Shown here piece by piece: positions 19,173 through 29,167 of a DNA stretch of 64,000 nt. The notes below the pieces were generated by a model. That model saw nothing but the letters and a program-made list of their open reading frames with translations, was not told the DNA's origin and did not search any database. A program made the translations under genes and the position numbers. Source of the DNA: Geopsychrobacteraceae bacterium (GTDB taxonomy: Bacteria > Desulfobacterota > Desulfuromonadia > Desulfuromonadales > Geopsychrobacteraceae); assembly GCA_963662315.1 (NCBI GenBank), contig OY759353.1:2624001-2688000 (forward strand), written 5' to 3'. Position 1 is the stretch's first letter, and every line of letters begins with the position of its first letter.

Positions 19173-20531
19173 TTAATTATCAGAGCGCTGAATGTCATAC
19201 TGCAGCAATTTACGATCCAGGGTCTTGCGTGAGATCTGCAGGATCCCGGCGGTCTTCATTTTATGGTAACGCGTCTGACGATAAACCTGTTCAATATAGA
19301 GCCGCTCCAGATCTTCCAGCGACATCAACTCAGTCGGCATTTTAAACTCGAAGGGAGCCCCGGAAACAATCGGCAATGGCAAATGCGCACTACTGATGGT
19401 ATCGCCATCGGCCAACAGCGCCGCCATTTCCAGTACATTCTGCAACTCCCGCACATTACCGGGCCAGTCATACTGGGTCAGCAGCCTGACCGCCTCAGCG
19501 TCCATATCAGCGGCGGCTCCCTGCAAACGCCCCAGGAAATAGCGTGCCAACAGCGGGATATCATCACGCCGGTCACGCAACGGAGGCAGTTTCAGGGTCG
19601 CAACGTTGATGCGATAGTAAAGATCCTGACGAAACCGCCCCGCCGCCACCTCTTCTTCCAGGTTTTTATTCGTCGCAGCCACAAACCGCACATCCGCATG
19701 CTTTACCTGGGTAGAACCAACGGGCATATACTCCTTTTCCTGCAGAACCCGCAGTAATTTGGCCTGCAACGCAGCACTCAGATCTCCGACCTCGTCAAGA
19801 AACAGGGTCCCCCGGTGAGCCTCCTGGACCAGGCCACTGGAGTTGGCGATAGCTCCGGTAAAAGCCCCCTTCACGTGTCCAAACAACTGACTTTCAAGCA
19901 ACGTATCCGTCAGCGCAGCGCAGTTGATGGTCATAAAACGATGCTCGCTCCGTGGACTTGAGTAATGGATGGTTGAGGCAATCAGCTCTTTACCGGTGCC
20001 GCTTTCCCCCAGCACCAGAACACTGGCATCACTCTTGGCAACCTTTAACGTCAGAGCATAGACCTGCTCAAATTCCTTACTTTTGAAAATAATTCGACCA
20101 GGGTCAAAACGCTCCTTAAGGGCCGCCTTTAGCGACTGATTCTCCTTCTCAAGACCGCTGCGTTCAAGCACCCGGTTAACAATGGCGGAGATTTCATCAT
20201 TGATAAACGGCTTCAGCAGGTACTCATAGGCACCAGCCTGCAGGGCTCTGACCGCCTTACGCACGGTCGCCAGAGAACTGGTCACAACAACCATGGTCTT
20301 GGGGTAGAGGAGAACAAGCCGCCTGACCAGCTCATCCGTCGGCAACCCGGGCAGCTGATCATCAACAAAAATCAGATCCGGGTATTCAGCGTTATGTCCC
20401 TCGTGAAGATCGATAAGCTGCTGCGCACTTGAATAGATAAAAACCTGATGCCCCGCCGCTCCCAGCCAGCCAGTCAGATATTGCTGAACCTGCTCACTGG
20501 TGTCGCAGACGTAGATAGTCCCCTGCTGCAT
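19173..20531 (-). CDS. Sigma54-dependent NtrC/Fis-family response regulator
   Basis: Receiver domain; Walker A GESGTGKE; GAFTGA; LFLDEVG; RQDLYYR; WPGNVREL; C-terminal HTH. Confidence 0.95.
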   Translation of the reverse strand: MQQGTIYVCDTSEQVQQYLTGWLGAAGHQVFIYSSAQQLIDLHEGHNAEYPDLIFVDDQLPGLPTDELVRRLVLLYPKTMVVVTSSLATVRKAVRALQAGAYEYLLKPFINDEISAIVNRVLERSGLEKENQSLKAALKERFDPGRIIFKSKEFEQVYALTLKVAKSDASVLVLGESGTGKELIASTIHYSSPRSEHRFMTINCAALTDTLLESQLFGHVKGAFTGAIANSSGLVQEAHRGTLFLDEVGDLSAALQAKLLRVLQEKEYMPVGSTQVKHADVRFVAATNKNLEEEVAAGRFRQDLYYRINVATLKLPPLRDRRDDIPLLARYFLGRLQGAAADMDAEAVRLLTQYDWPGNVRELQNVLEMAALLADGDTISSAHLPLPIVSGAPFEFKMPTELMSLEDLERLYIEQVYRQTRYHKMKTAGILQISRKTLDRKLLQYDIQRSDN

Positions 20532-20554
20532 AACAGATATCGCCTCTCTCGCAC

Positions 20555-20716
20555 TGTATCATTTTGTCCATAACATAAAAACCAACCCAGGATATCGCTA
20601 TCAACTGTTGCACAATAATGTATCCTAGACAATAACTATATATTGAAGGTTGCATCCCGGAAATTTAGGGTTTGATTTTTGCATGATTATTTTCCCCGAC
20701 GGATCAGAATGACACA
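20555..20716. promoter_or_regulatory. Two further copies of the 17-bp palindrome in the regulator/hypA divergent region
   Basis: TGTATCA-TTT-TGTCCAT (20555-20571) and CGGATCA-GAA-TGACACA (20700-20716). Confidence 0.5.
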
Positions 20717-20736
20717 TCATCAGGAGTTTCATTGTT

Positions 20737-21078
20737 ATGCATGAAGTCGCTATCACCAGAAACCTTGTTGAAATTGCCGAGCAACACGCGCGCCAGGCTG
20801 TCTGCCAGCGCATTCTGTCCATCAACGTTGATATCGGAGAGATGTCTGGCGTGGTTGCCGAAGCGGTTGAATTCTGTTTTGAGGCTGTCAGTCGTGACAC
20901 CCTGATAGCAGGCGCAGCTCTCATAATCAATCGCATTCCCGGACGGAAGCGCTGTGAAGAATGCCAAGACACCTTCCCGGCCGACAACCTGACTTTTGAA
21001 TGCCCTGCATGCGGCAGTTTCATGCTGACCACCATCCAGGGGGATGAATTGCGTATTACAGAAATGGAGATTGAATAA
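20737..21078 (+). CDS. hypA: Hydrogenase nickel metallochaperone HypA
   Basis: MHE N-terminus; CEEC and CPAC zinc finger; G.EL.I..ME. Confidence 0.95.
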   Translation: MHEVAITRNLVEIAEQHARQAVCQRILSINVDIGEMSGVVAEAVEFCFEAVSRDTLIAGAALIINRIPGRKRCEECQDTFPADNLTFECPACGSFMLTTIQGDELRITEMEIE

Positions 21079-21079
21079 C

Positions 21080-21820
21080 ATGTGTATCGAATGCGGCTGC
21101 AGCGAAACAACTCATCACTCTCACGACCATGGGCATCACCACGACCATGGGCATCATCACCATGATCACAAAGGGACAACCCTTAAAATAGGGGAGGATC
21201 TGCTGAGTAAGAATAACCGTCTGGCAGCAATGAACCGTATTCTGTTTCAGCACCACAACCTGTTTGTTCTCAACCTGGTCAGTTCGCCAGGTTCCGGCAA
21301 AACGACTTTACTGGAAAAAACCATTCTGGCCCTGAAAGATACACTGAAGATTGCCGTTCTCGAAGGCGACCAGCAGACCAGTAATGATGCCGACCGCATT
21401 GCCGCGACACAAGCGCCGGTCAAGCAGATCAATACCGGGGCCGGCTGTCACCTGGACGCCCACATGGTCAGTCACGGCGTGGAAGGATTTGACCTAGGTG
21501 CGACCGATATCCTGATGATTGAAAACGTCGGCAACCTGGTCTGCCCCGCTTCCTTCGATCTTGGCGAGAACCATAAGGTGGCCGTCCTTTCGGTTACTGA
21601 AGGTGAGGATAAGCCACTGAAATATCCCCACATGTTCCAAGCTGCGGATATAATGCTGCTCAACAAGATCGACCTGCTCCCTTACCTTGATTTCGATGTC
21701 GAAAAATGCAAGAAGTTTGCCCGTCAGGTTAATCCCGATATGCAGATTTTCGAGCTGTCCTGTCGCAGCGGCGAGGGGTTTGATGACTGGCTTGAGTGGT
21801 TAAAAAAGCAGGCATTGTAG
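21080..21820 (+). CDS. hypB: Hydrogenase nickel incorporation GTPase HypB
   Basis: MCIECGC, His-rich linker, SSPGSGKT, GCHLDA, ENVGNLVCP, NKID. Confidence 0.96.
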   Translation: MCIECGCSETTHHSHDHGHHHDHGHHHHDHKGTTLKIGEDLLSKNNRLAAMNRILFQHHNLFVLNLVSSPGSGKTTLLEKTILALKDTLKIAVLEGDQQTSNDADRIAATQAPVKQINTGAGCHLDAHMVSHGVEGFDLGATDILMIENVGNLVCPASFDLGENHKVAVLSVTEGEDKPLKYPHMFQAADIMLLNKIDLLPYLDFDVEKCKKFARQVNPDMQIFELSCRSGEGFDDWLEWLKKQAL

Positions 21821-21899
21821 CGGCAAGCTACCTGCGCGCACGGACGTAGTGTCAATATGATACATTGCTACATTGTTTGAACAAAAAAGGACAGCAACT

Positions 21900-22130
21900 A
21901 TGTGTCTTGCCATACCAATGCAAGTTAAGGAGATCGCTCAGGATACCGCCATCTGCGAGATCGATGGAGTCCTTCGCAACGCCAGCCTGATGATGCTGGA
22001 CAGCGTTGAGGTCGGTGATTATGTGCTGATCCACGCCGGCTTTGCCATTGAAAAACTGGACCTGGAAGAAGCTGAAAAAACGCTGGCGTTATTCCGCGAG
22101 ATGGCCAGTCGGGAAGAGGAATTATCATGA
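21900..22130 (+). CDS. hypC: Hydrogenase assembly chaperone HypC
   Basis: MCLAIP N-terminus; VGDYVLIHAGFAI. Confidence 0.95.
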   Translation: MCLAIPMQVKEIAQDTAICEIDGVLRNASLMMLDSVEVGDYVLIHAGFAIEKLDLEEAEKTLALFREMASREEELS

Positions 22131-23218
22131 CTCGGCTGGCAGAGTTTCGCGATCCACGGGTCGCCGCCAAGCTGATTGAGTGCATCAGTAGAGCAACAGC
22201 CGCTCGAAACCATCCGATCACACTCATGGAGGTGTGTGGTACCCACACCATGGCCATTCACCAGCATGGTCTCAGGGGAATTTTACCCCCCGGTATCAAA
22301 CTGGTGTCCGGCCCGGGGTGCCCGGTCTGCGTCACCCCCATTGGTTATGTCGACCACGCGCTGGCCTTAAGCCGCCTGCCTGGCACCATGATCACGACCT
22401 TTGGGGACATGCTGCGCGTCCCCGGATCAAGCACCAGCCTGCTGGAAGAAAAAGCCCGCGGGGCGGATGTCCGCATTGTTTACTCGCCCTTGGATGCCGT
22501 CACCTTAGCCCGCAACCATCAGGACAAGCAGGTTGTCTTTCTGGGGGTCGGCTTTGAAACCACAACGCCCACCATCGCCGGATCAATTCTGCAGGCGCAT
22601 CAGAGTCAAGTGACTAACTTTTCGGTTCTCTGTGCCCATAAAACCATGCCGGGACCAATGCAGGCCCTGACCGTCGACCCGGAGCTTAAGATAGACGGCT
22701 ATCTGTGTCCCGCCCATGTCAGTGCGATTATCGGCGCCAGCGCCTATGAACCTTTGGCGCGCGACAACCATGTTCCCTGCGTGGTTACCGGTTTTGAACC
22801 ATTGGACATTCTGCAGGGGATCGTCATGCTGACCGCGCAAATAAACGCAGGCGTTGCCAGGGTCGAGAACCAGTACAGCCGCTACGTCAAAAACGACGGA
22901 AATATCCGCGCTCAGCAGCTGCTGAACAACGTCTTTGAACCCTGCGATGCTATCTGGCGCGGGCTCGGCACGCTGCCAGGCAGCGGGTTGAAAATCAGGG
23001 AAGAATTCTCAGCCTTCGATGCCGCTGAACGCTTTTCAGTCACTCTTGAGCCCGCCATAGAACCGGCAGGCTGCCGCTGCGGTGAAATCTTGAAAGGGAA
23101 ATTGACCCCACGTGACTGCCCCCTGTTCAGCACCCATTGCACCCCGGAGAAACCGGTTGGCGCCTGTATGGTCTCAAGCGAGGGCACCTGTGCGGCAGAG
23201 TATAAATATGGGCTTTAG
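22127..23218 (+). CDS. hypD: Hydrogenase formation protein HypD
   Basis: MEVCGTHT, GPGCPVC, GFETT, PAHVS, CMVSSEGTC. Confidence 0.96.
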   Translation: MTRLAEFRDPRVAAKLIECISRATAARNHPITLMEVCGTHTMAIHQHGLRGILPPGIKLVSGPGCPVCVTPIGYVDHALALSRLPGTMITTFGDMLRVPGSSTSLLEEKARGADVRIVYSPLDAVTLARNHQDKQVVFLGVGFETTTPTIAGSILQAHQSQVTNFSVLCAHKTMPGPMQALTVDPELKIDGYLCPAHVSAIIGASAYEPLARDNHVPCVVTGFEPLDILQGIVMLTAQINAGVARVENQYSRYVKNDGNIRAQQLLNNVFEPCDAIWRGLGTLPGSGLKIREEFSAFDAAERFSVTLEPAIEPAGCRCGEILKGKLTPRDCPLFSTHCTPEKPVGACMVSSEGTCAAEYKYGL

Positions 23219-23255
23219 GACTTCACAAATGAATCGCTTGAACGTTCGATTGTCT

Positions 23256-23359
23256 CCCCTCTCCTTGGGGAGAGGGTGGTGCAACGCACCGGGTGAGGGG
23301 ACAGGTTACCGCTAGCCCCTCCTTCGCCTATTCGGGTACCTTCTCCCTCAGGGAGAAGG
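23256..23359. repeat. REP-like element (CCCTCTCC..GGAGAGGG / CCTTCTCCC..GGGAGAAGG)
   Basis: Two GC-rich hairpins plus GGGTGAGGGG between hypD and hypE; same family as 40688-40774. Confidence 0.75.
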
Positions 23360-23385
23360 AAGCAGATAAAGAAAGAGAAACTTTC

Positions 23386-24399
23386 ATGAACGACGACATT
23401 ATCCTGCTTGGCCACGGCAGTGGCGGCAAACTCGGTCATCAGTTGCTGGACGAGCTGATTATCCCCACCCTGTCAGGCGTAGCGCAAAAAGATCAGAATG
23501 ACGCTGCGCTCCTGCAGCACCAGGGGGGGCGTCTGGCCTTTACCACTGACTCGTATGTCGTTGATCCGATCTTTTTCCCCGGCGGAAACATTGGCGACCT
23601 GGCCATTCACGGCACGGTCAACGACCTGGCCATGATCGGTGCCACTCCGCTGGCCATAAGTGTCGGGCTGATACTGGAAGAAGGACTCTCCAAGGGTGAT
23701 TTGCATCAGATCCTGCTCAGCATGAAAAACGCGGCACACAAGGCCGGGGTCAAAATTGTCACCGGCGATACCAAAGTGGTGCCGCGCGGCAAAGCGGACA
23801 AGATCTTCATCAACACTTCAGGCATTGGCATCTTTCATCACAATTACACGCTAAGCGGCAACCAGGCCCGGCCCGGCGACAAAATTCTGATCAACGGTAC
23901 CATTGGTGACCACGGTATGGCGATCCTCACCACCCGGGAAGGATTGGCCCTGGAGACCAACATCCAATCCGACAGCGCCGTCCTCAATGGCCTGGCCGAG
24001 GTCCTGCTCAGTAAACTCGGTACATCGATCAGGGCCTTCCGCGACCCGACCCGGGGTGGTGTTGCAACCACGTTGAAAGAGATTGCTCTGCAATCGGGGG
24101 TTGATATTGTTCTTGATGAGAGTTCTCAACCGGTCCGCAGCGATGTCGCTGGGGTCTGTGCCATCCTCGGCCTCGACCCACTGTTCGTTGCCAATGAGGG
24201 GAAAATGCTTGCTATCGTTGCCCCCGATCAGGCCGATCAGGCCCTACAGATAATGCAGCAACACCCTCAGGGGCGCGACGCTGCGATTATCGGTGAGGTG
24301 ACTCAGGAGTCTGCAGGAAAAGTATTTATGCACACAACGCTGGGTGGATTACGCGCTATTGATATGCTGGCCGGCGAACAGCTTCCCAGGATCTGTTGA
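23386..24399 (+). CDS. hypE: Hydrogenase expression/formation protein HypE
   Basis: HGSGG, TTDSYVVDPIFFPGG, GDTKVV, RDPTRGG, C-terminal PRIC; start moved to ATG 23386. Confidence 0.96.
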   Translation: MNDDIILLGHGSGGKLGHQLLDELIIPTLSGVAQKDQNDAALLQHQGGRLAFTTDSYVVDPIFFPGGNIGDLAIHGTVNDLAMIGATPLAISVGLILEEGLSKGDLHQILLSMKNAAHKAGVKIVTGDTKVVPRGKADKIFINTSGIGIFHHNYTLSGNQARPGDKILINGTIGDHGMAILTTREGLALETNIQSDSAVLNGLAEVLLSKLGTSIRAFRDPTRGGVATTLKEIALQSGVDIVLDESSQPVRSDVAGVCAILGLDPLFVANEGKMLAIVAPDQADQALQIMQQHPQGRDAAIIGEVTQESAGKVFMHTTLGGLRAIDMLAGEQLPRIC

Positions 24400-24402
24400 T
24401 TG

Positions 24403-26700
24403 ATGATGGCCATTGCCCCAGTAAGAGTCAGGATTCATGTTGAAGGGATCGTCCAGGGGGTGGGTTTCCGCCCCTTCGTCTACCGTGAAGCCGTGGCCTG
24501 CGGGCTGACCGGGTGGGTCCTGAACAACAGCCAGGGTGTGCAGATTGAGGTCGAAGGACCTCAATCGCAGCACCGGGAGTTCATTGACCGCCTCTACAGC
24601 AACCTCCCGCCACTGGCAACCATCACCAGCCTGAGGATGGAAACGGTCCCCGCCCAAGGGGATTCCAGATTCCAGATTCACCACAGTAAAATCGTTGCCG
24701 AACACAACATTCAGATCGCAGCAGACAGTTATGTCTGCCCCGATTGTCTGGCAGAGTTGTTCAATCCACACGATCGCCGCTACAGCTACCCCTTCATCAA
24801 CTGTACGAATTGCGGCCCGCGCTACAGTATCGTCACCACCATACCCTATGACCGCCCTAACACAACCATGGCGGCTTTTACCATGTGCCCGACCTGCCAG
24901 GCCGAATACGACGATCCTTTATCACGGCGGTTTCATGCCCAACCTAATGCCTGCCCGCACTGTGGCCCGCAACTTACGCTGTATGACTTAGCCGGGACAC
25001 AGGTTACGGGCAACCCGCTTGATAAAACTATTCAGCTGCTGGCAACGGGTCACATCCTCGCCATTAAGGGCTTGGGCGGCTATCACCTCGCCGTCGATGC
25101 CGCCAATGATAGTGCCGTTGCGCTGCTAAGGCAGCGCAAGGCCAGAGACGAAAAACCTTTCGCGCTGATGAGTCTAGATGTTGAACAGGTCCGTAGCTAT
25201 GCGCAGGTCAGCGACCAGGAGCGCCAACTGCTGGAAAGTCCGCAACGCCCGATTGTACTGCTCGAGAAAAAAGAGACTGCCAGTATTTCACCAGGGGTTG
25301 CGCCACGTAATCGCTATTTTGGTGTCATGCTGCCAGCGACACCGCTGCATTACCTGCTGCTCAGGCACTTCCCGGCGCTGGTGATGACCAGCGGCAACAT
25401 CAGCGATGAACCGATCGCTTTTGAAGATGATGATGCCACGTCCCGGCTGGCCAACATCGCCGATTACCGCCTTACCCATAATCGCGCCATCCATATCCGT
25501 ACCGATGACTCCATCGCCCGGATCATTGCCGACAAACCGTTGCTGTTGCGCCGCTCGCGCGGCTATGTCCCCACCAGCCTGCCACTGCCGCAAAAACAGG
25601 GCAGAATTCTGGCACTCGGTGCCGAGCTGAAGAACAGCTTCTGCCTGACTCGGCGTGACCGGGCCTTTTTAAGCCAGCATATCGGCGACCTAAAGAACGC
25701 CGAGACCTATCAGTCCTTTAGTTCCGGAATCGAGCATCTGCAGAACCTGCTGGAATGGCAACCAGAGGTTATTGCCCACGATCTTCACCCTGACTATCTC
25801 TCAACCGGCTACGCCCTGGAACAGCACAACATGCCACATATAGCCGTTCAGCACCACCATGCCCATCTGGCCAGCTGCATGGCAGAAAACAATATTGATG
25901 AACCCTGTATCGGTGTCATTTACGACGGCATCGGCTATGGCACTGACGGACATATCTGGGGTGGGGAATTTCTGGTCGGCGATTATGAAAAGGTCAGACG
26001 CGCAGGTCATTTCAGTTACCTGCCAATGCCGGGAGGAGACCGAGCCACGCAAGAACCTTACCGCATGGCCCTGAGTCTGCTCTGTCATACCTACGGTGAC
26101 CAGTTGCCGAAACTTGATGTTCTTGCTGAGATCTCTCCCCAGGAGCTGAAGCTGCTGCGCCAGATGATTGATAAACGGATCAACTGCCCCCTCACCAGCA
26201 GCTGCGGCCGATTATTTGACGCGGTAGCAGCACTGACCGGATTGCGCTCCATTGTTCACTATGAGGGGCAGGCCGCCCTGGAATTGGAGATGGCCATAAC
26301 AGCGAGAAGCTCAGTCCCCTATCCTTACCAGCTAAGGCTATGTGACGGGGAGTGGCTGTTCGATCCGGCCCCGACAGTGCGGGCCATTGTTGAAGATATA
26401 CACAACCAGAAAGCAGCGGGTGCGATCAGCGCTGATTTTCATCACACCCTGGCGGTCATGACCGTTGATATCTGTAGCCAGTTGCGCACGGACACTGGAA
26501 TCAACAAAGTTGCCCTTTCCGGCGGCGTCTTCCAGAATCGCGTCCTGACCGAAACCACCGTCAACCTGCTTGGTGCCGCGGGCTTCACTCCCCTTATTCA
26601 TAGTCTGGTACCACCCAATGACGGTGGACTGGCACTGGGCCAGGCAGTCATTGCCGGCAGACGTTACGCCGCAACATCTTCCATGTGCTCTAAAAGCTGA
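24403..26700 (+). CDS. hypF: Carbamoyltransferase HypF
   Basis: Acylphosphatase GIVQGVGFRPF, two zinc fingers, YrdC-like KGLGGYHL, HHHAH, NDGGLALGQ. Confidence 0.96.
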   Translation: MMAIAPVRVRIHVEGIVQGVGFRPFVYREAVACGLTGWVLNNSQGVQIEVEGPQSQHREFIDRLYSNLPPLATITSLRMETVPAQGDSRFQIHHSKIVAEHNIQIAADSYVCPDCLAELFNPHDRRYSYPFINCTNCGPRYSIVTTIPYDRPNTTMAAFTMCPTCQAEYDDPLSRRFHAQPNACPHCGPQLTLYDLAGTQVTGNPLDKTIQLLATGHILAIKGLGGYHLAVDAANDSAVALLRQRKARDEKPFALMSLDVEQVRSYAQVSDQERQLLESPQRPIVLLEKKETASISPGVAPRNRYFGVMLPATPLHYLLLRHFPALVMTSGNISDEPIAFEDDDATSRLANIADYRLTHNRAIHIRTDDSIARIIADKPLLLRRSRGYVPTSLPLPQKQGRILALGAELKNSFCLTRRDRAFLSQHIGDLKNAETYQSFSSGIEHLQNLLEWQPEVIAHDLHPDYLSTGYALEQHNMPHIAVQHHHAHLASCMAENNIDEPCIGVIYDGIGYGTDGHIWGGEFLVGDYEKVRRAGHFSYLPMPGGDRATQEPYRMALSLLCHTYGDQLPKLDVLAEISPQELKLLRQMIDKRINCPLTSSCGRLFDAVAALTGLRSIVHYEGQAALELEMAITARSSVPYPYQLRLCDGEWLFDPAPTVRAIVEDIHNQKAAGAISADFHHTLAVMTVDICSQLRTDTGINKVALSGGVFQNRVLTETTVNLLGAAGFTPLIHSLVPPNDGGLALGQAVIAGRRYAATSSMCSKS

Positions 26701-27356
26701 GTACCAAAAATGATGATTGCCTGTTTCATGACCTGTGCCGCCTGATGGCCATCACGCTGCCGAAAGGCAGTCAGCAAGGCTTTGTGCTGTTCAACCCCGG
26801 CCTTAAGCCGACCGGAGAGCATCAGTTCGGAGAAATGGAGGCGGGTAAATTTCTGTTCCATCTGTGACAGCATTTCAACCAGCCGCAGATTGCCTCCTTC
26901 ATACAGAAACAACCGATGGAACTCCCGACACAAGTCACTGTACACCTTGCAATCTCCCCGCTCTGCCGCTTCAGCAAGTTCCTGATTAATGGCTTCCAGA
27001 CGCGTCAATGCGGCATCAGACATATTCTCTGCCGCCATCTGTGCCGCATAACTTTCCAGCAGTCCTTTGATGTCATAATATTCTTTAACATCCAGAGCAG
27101 ACAGAGGAGCAACGACAACCCCTTTACGTGGAACAACCTTGATATAACCATCCGACTCAAGCTGACGCAACGCTTCCCGGACGGGGGTTCGGCTGACACC
27201 GAACTGTTCCGCCAAGTCCTGCTCGACGATTTTCTCGTTTGGCTTAAGGTCTCCGGTTCTGATCGCTTCACGAATTGTATGGAGAATTTTTTCCCGTAAC
27301 GTCAAAACGCTGTCATCCGATTCATCAGAAACCTCATTCAGTTCCAAAGCTAGCAT
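26664..27356 (-). CDS. GntR (FadR/FCD) family transcriptional regulator
   Basis: HTH LAEQFGVSRTPVREAL; FCD-like C-domain (FH..L...GN..L); RBS GAGAGG before ATG 27356. Confidence 0.9.
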   Translation of the reverse strand: MLALELNEVSDESDDSVLTLREKILHTIREAIRTGDLKPNEKIVEQDLAEQFGVSRTPVREALRQLESDGYIKVVPRKGVVVAPLSALDVKEYYDIKGLLESYAAQMAAENMSDAALTRLEAINQELAEAAERGDCKVYSDLCREFHRLFLYEGGNLRLVEMLSQMEQKFTRLHFSELMLSGRLKAGVEQHKALLTAFRQRDGHQAAQVMKQAIIIFGTQLLEHMEDVAA

Positions 27357-27489
27357 AATCTCGCACCTCTCAATCCAATTAACTTCATTTAATAAAAAAT
27401 CGTTCCTAGAGCTTCTCACCTCATTTTGATGAAAAATGCTTCACCTGTTTTCAAAACTTAGGCATCCGCTGATTCAGAAAATCAGTTGG

Positions 27490-28890
27490 CTACAGCTGAT
27501 CGCCTGGATTCAGAGCCCTGTTGAGATGAACTGCAGTTTTCGTACCCGAAAACTCTTTCACAGAAGAAGAGCTGAGAAACATAGACGGATTCCCCTCGGC
27601 CCGAAGGACTGTCCGGACGTCGACAAAACGAACCCCAGCGAAATCAAATCGACTTGCATCGCTGACAATCGCTGTTTCTGCATGCAGATCCAAACCCGTT
27701 GCAGTGATAGTGGAACGCCAGGCTTGAAGCGCCGGTCCGGATCCTCCCGTCCCAATTTGAGCCTTTTCGATCGTAACCTGAGAATCGCTGACCAGTAATC
27801 GCTCCGCTGTGACGTTGACTAGCCGCACATTATTACAACCGGTGATACGTATGGTTTTATAGCTCCCCTGCAACAGAGCCTCAGACCGTTGGTTACAGCT
27901 GCCATCACCAGCCATCTCCGTTAACGGTGACGAGGCAAAGACCCGTGGGGAAAAGTCCAGGGATTGTTTGAGTACGCGTCTAAAACCCGCCGCATCTTCA
28001 AGCATGGGGGAATGCCCCAGGCCCGGCAAAAGACGTAATTCTGCGCGAGGTAACCGCCATTGCAACACTTCCGCGATGCGAACATTGGCAATTTCATCCT
28101 GCTCGCCCCAAAGTAGCCAGGTTGGCGTTTTTATCTGCCCAAGCAGCAGAGAATAGTCCGTCTGGACCATGGCCAAAGCAGCAATACGGGCTGGCTGACC
28201 CGCCAAAACTCTGGCTCTTAGCATGGCATTATCAAGCACCAGATCAGGATCCAAGGGGATACGGGAAGATTTCTCCAAGACCAGATCAGCAATACGCCCC
28301 AGAGACCCATTAACCATTCCGGAAAACAGTGGCACATCGAACTGCAGCTGTTGTTTGACAAAATACTGGCTTACTGCCAGACGATGAAGAATTCCTACCG
28401 AATCAACCAGCACCAGCCGCTGCAGCTTCTGTCCGTATTGAGCAGCATAAACAATGGAAATTGCGCCCCCCAGGGAATGGCCGACCACAGACAAGGGCTT
28501 GTCAGGCAATGTTGAAATCAGCCAATTCAGGAATAACGCATATTTGGAGGGGGAGTAGAGCTGATTACCTTTGCTTGACCGCCCGAAGCCTGGAAGGTCC
28601 GGAACCACAACATGGTAATCCTTGGCCAGATCGGCAGCAACAGTGTCCCAGATCGTCCCTGCGTCATCACCAAGGCCATGCACCAGCAGCAACAGTTTGT
28701 GGTTCTGTTGTCCGGCCTCGCGGACCAGCACCTGGCCATCGAAAATCGGCTCATCCACCATTTTTTCGCTGGGCCATGAACCATCCGCAAAGGTTAGCGT
28801 CACCATAATTTGAAAAATGACCAGCAACAGACCGACAGTACGTAAACAGATCCCCATAATTAGCAATTGACCGTCTCCGCTTCTTTTCAT
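27490..28890 (-). CDS. Exported alpha/beta hydrolase with C-terminal beta-rich extension
   Basis: N-terminal hydrophobic segment; HGLG, DLPGFGRS, nucleophile GHSLGG, WGEQD, GHSP. Confidence 0.8.
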   Translation of the reverse strand: MKRSGDGQLLIMGICLRTVGLLLVIFQIMVTLTFADGSWPSEKMVDEPIFDGQVLVREAGQQNHKLLLLVHGLGDDAGTIWDTVAADLAKDYHVVVPDLPGFGRSSKGNQLYSPSKYALFLNWLISTLPDKPLSVVGHSLGGAISIVYAAQYGQKLQRLVLVDSVGILHRLAVSQYFVKQQLQFDVPLFSGMVNGSLGRIADLVLEKSSRIPLDPDLVLDNAMLRARVLAGQPARIAALAMVQTDYSLLLGQIKTPTWLLWGEQDEIANVRIAEVLQWRLPRAELRLLPGLGHSPMLEDAAGFRRVLKQSLDFSPRVFASSPLTEMAGDGSCNQRSEALLQGSYKTIRITGCNNVRLVNVTAERLLVSDSQVTIEKAQIGTGGSGPALQAWRSTITATGLDLHAETAIVSDASRFDFAGVRFVDVRTVLRAEGNPSMFLSSSSVKEFSGTKTAVHLNRALNPGDQL

Positions 28891-29067
28891 TTATAACGCT
28901 TAGGGACCAATAGTAGGAACCATGCAAACAGTCCTATCTATAGCATATTTCGCCCCGGCATGCGCCTACCAAGAGCAGAAAAACTCCAATAATAGGATTT
29001 TATTACCGAATAAACTCCTAAGATTTCATAACTTATTGATATGCTGATAACATTAAGGCCATTCCTC

Positions 29068-29096
29068 TTGACACCCAGCATAATTTTCAGGATATT
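29068..29096 (+). promoter_or_regulatory. Putative sigma70 promoter of the rSAM-darB pair
   Basis: TTGACA-N17-GATATT about 70 bp upstream of ATG 29168. Confidence 0.45.
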
Positions 29097-29167
29097 TGAT
29101 CCTTTGCGGAGTTACAAACCAAACGGGTCGGACTGCTCTGCTTTAGTATTTTTCTCAAGAAAACGTA

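Noticed and set aside
21122..21157. 18-bp tandem repeat
   Set aside because: Encodes the ordinary His-rich linker (HDHGHH) of HypB.
28891..29167. Cobalamin or c-di-GMP riboswitch ahead of the B12-rSAM gene
   Set aside because: No conserved aptamer motifs recognised by eye; an Infernal/Rfam scan would be decisive.
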